From a virus (taxonomy: Duplodnaviria > Caudoviricetes), in IMG/VR virus record IMGVR_UViG_3300048575_000467, positions 1 to 42,228 of that record: a stretch of 42,228 nucleotides of DNA; one strand, given 5' to 3'. Both the position numbers and the translations under genes were made by a program. A model generated the notes under the pieces. It saw only the letters and a list, made by a program, of their open reading frames with translations. It was not told where the DNA came from and searched no databases. Of the stretch, positions 42,204-42,228 are shown piece after piece (within the stretch, counting starts at the first letter, position 1; each line of letters starts with the position of its first letter).

Positions 42204-42228
42204 GCAGGTCTGGAGTTCGAGTCTCCAT
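42163..42228 (+). tRNA. tRNA-Thr(CGT), 3' end cut by the window edge
   Basis: D-arm AGCTCAGTTGGTAGAGC, anticodon arm CTGA-TTCGTAA-TCAG, T-arm GGAG-TTCGAGT-CTCC. Confidence 0.95.

Noticed and set aside
1-42228. CRISPR array or complete DGR/retron
   Set aside because: No regularly spaced repeat-spacer series, and no ORF with reverse-transcriptase motifs was found.

Overview
The window holds an apparently complete temperate prophage of about 41.5 kb (attL 699-739, attR 42163-42203), integrated in a tRNA-Thr(CGT) gene of a GC-rich host. The host is probably a sulfate-reducing deltaproteobacterium, but this is only an inference. The left flank has the end of a DRTGG/phosphotransacetylase-family gene and a decayed ISL3 element. 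The phage combines a BPP-1/T7-like podovirus morphogenesis module on the minus strand (terminase, portal, scaffold, capsid, cement, tail tube A/B, internal virion proteins, Mtd-like fibre) with a lambdoid control and replication region (cI/cro/cII-like genes, operators, O-like initiator with iterons, xis/int). Four observations stand out. (1) Two copies of an antisense promoter plus a 67-nt structured RNA are embedded in frame directly behind a PBECR-type nuclease domain of the 2,231-aa virion protein; this is a candidate RNA-antitoxin system. (2) The phage replaces the 5' half of the tRNA and brings a look-alike tRNA promoter. (3) An Mtd-type DGR variable region is present with no RT or TR in the prophage. 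(4) A P22 immI-like cassette (RHH protein, antirepressor, antisense RNA) sits among the ejection genes. All protein calls come from motif recognition by eye, not from database searches.
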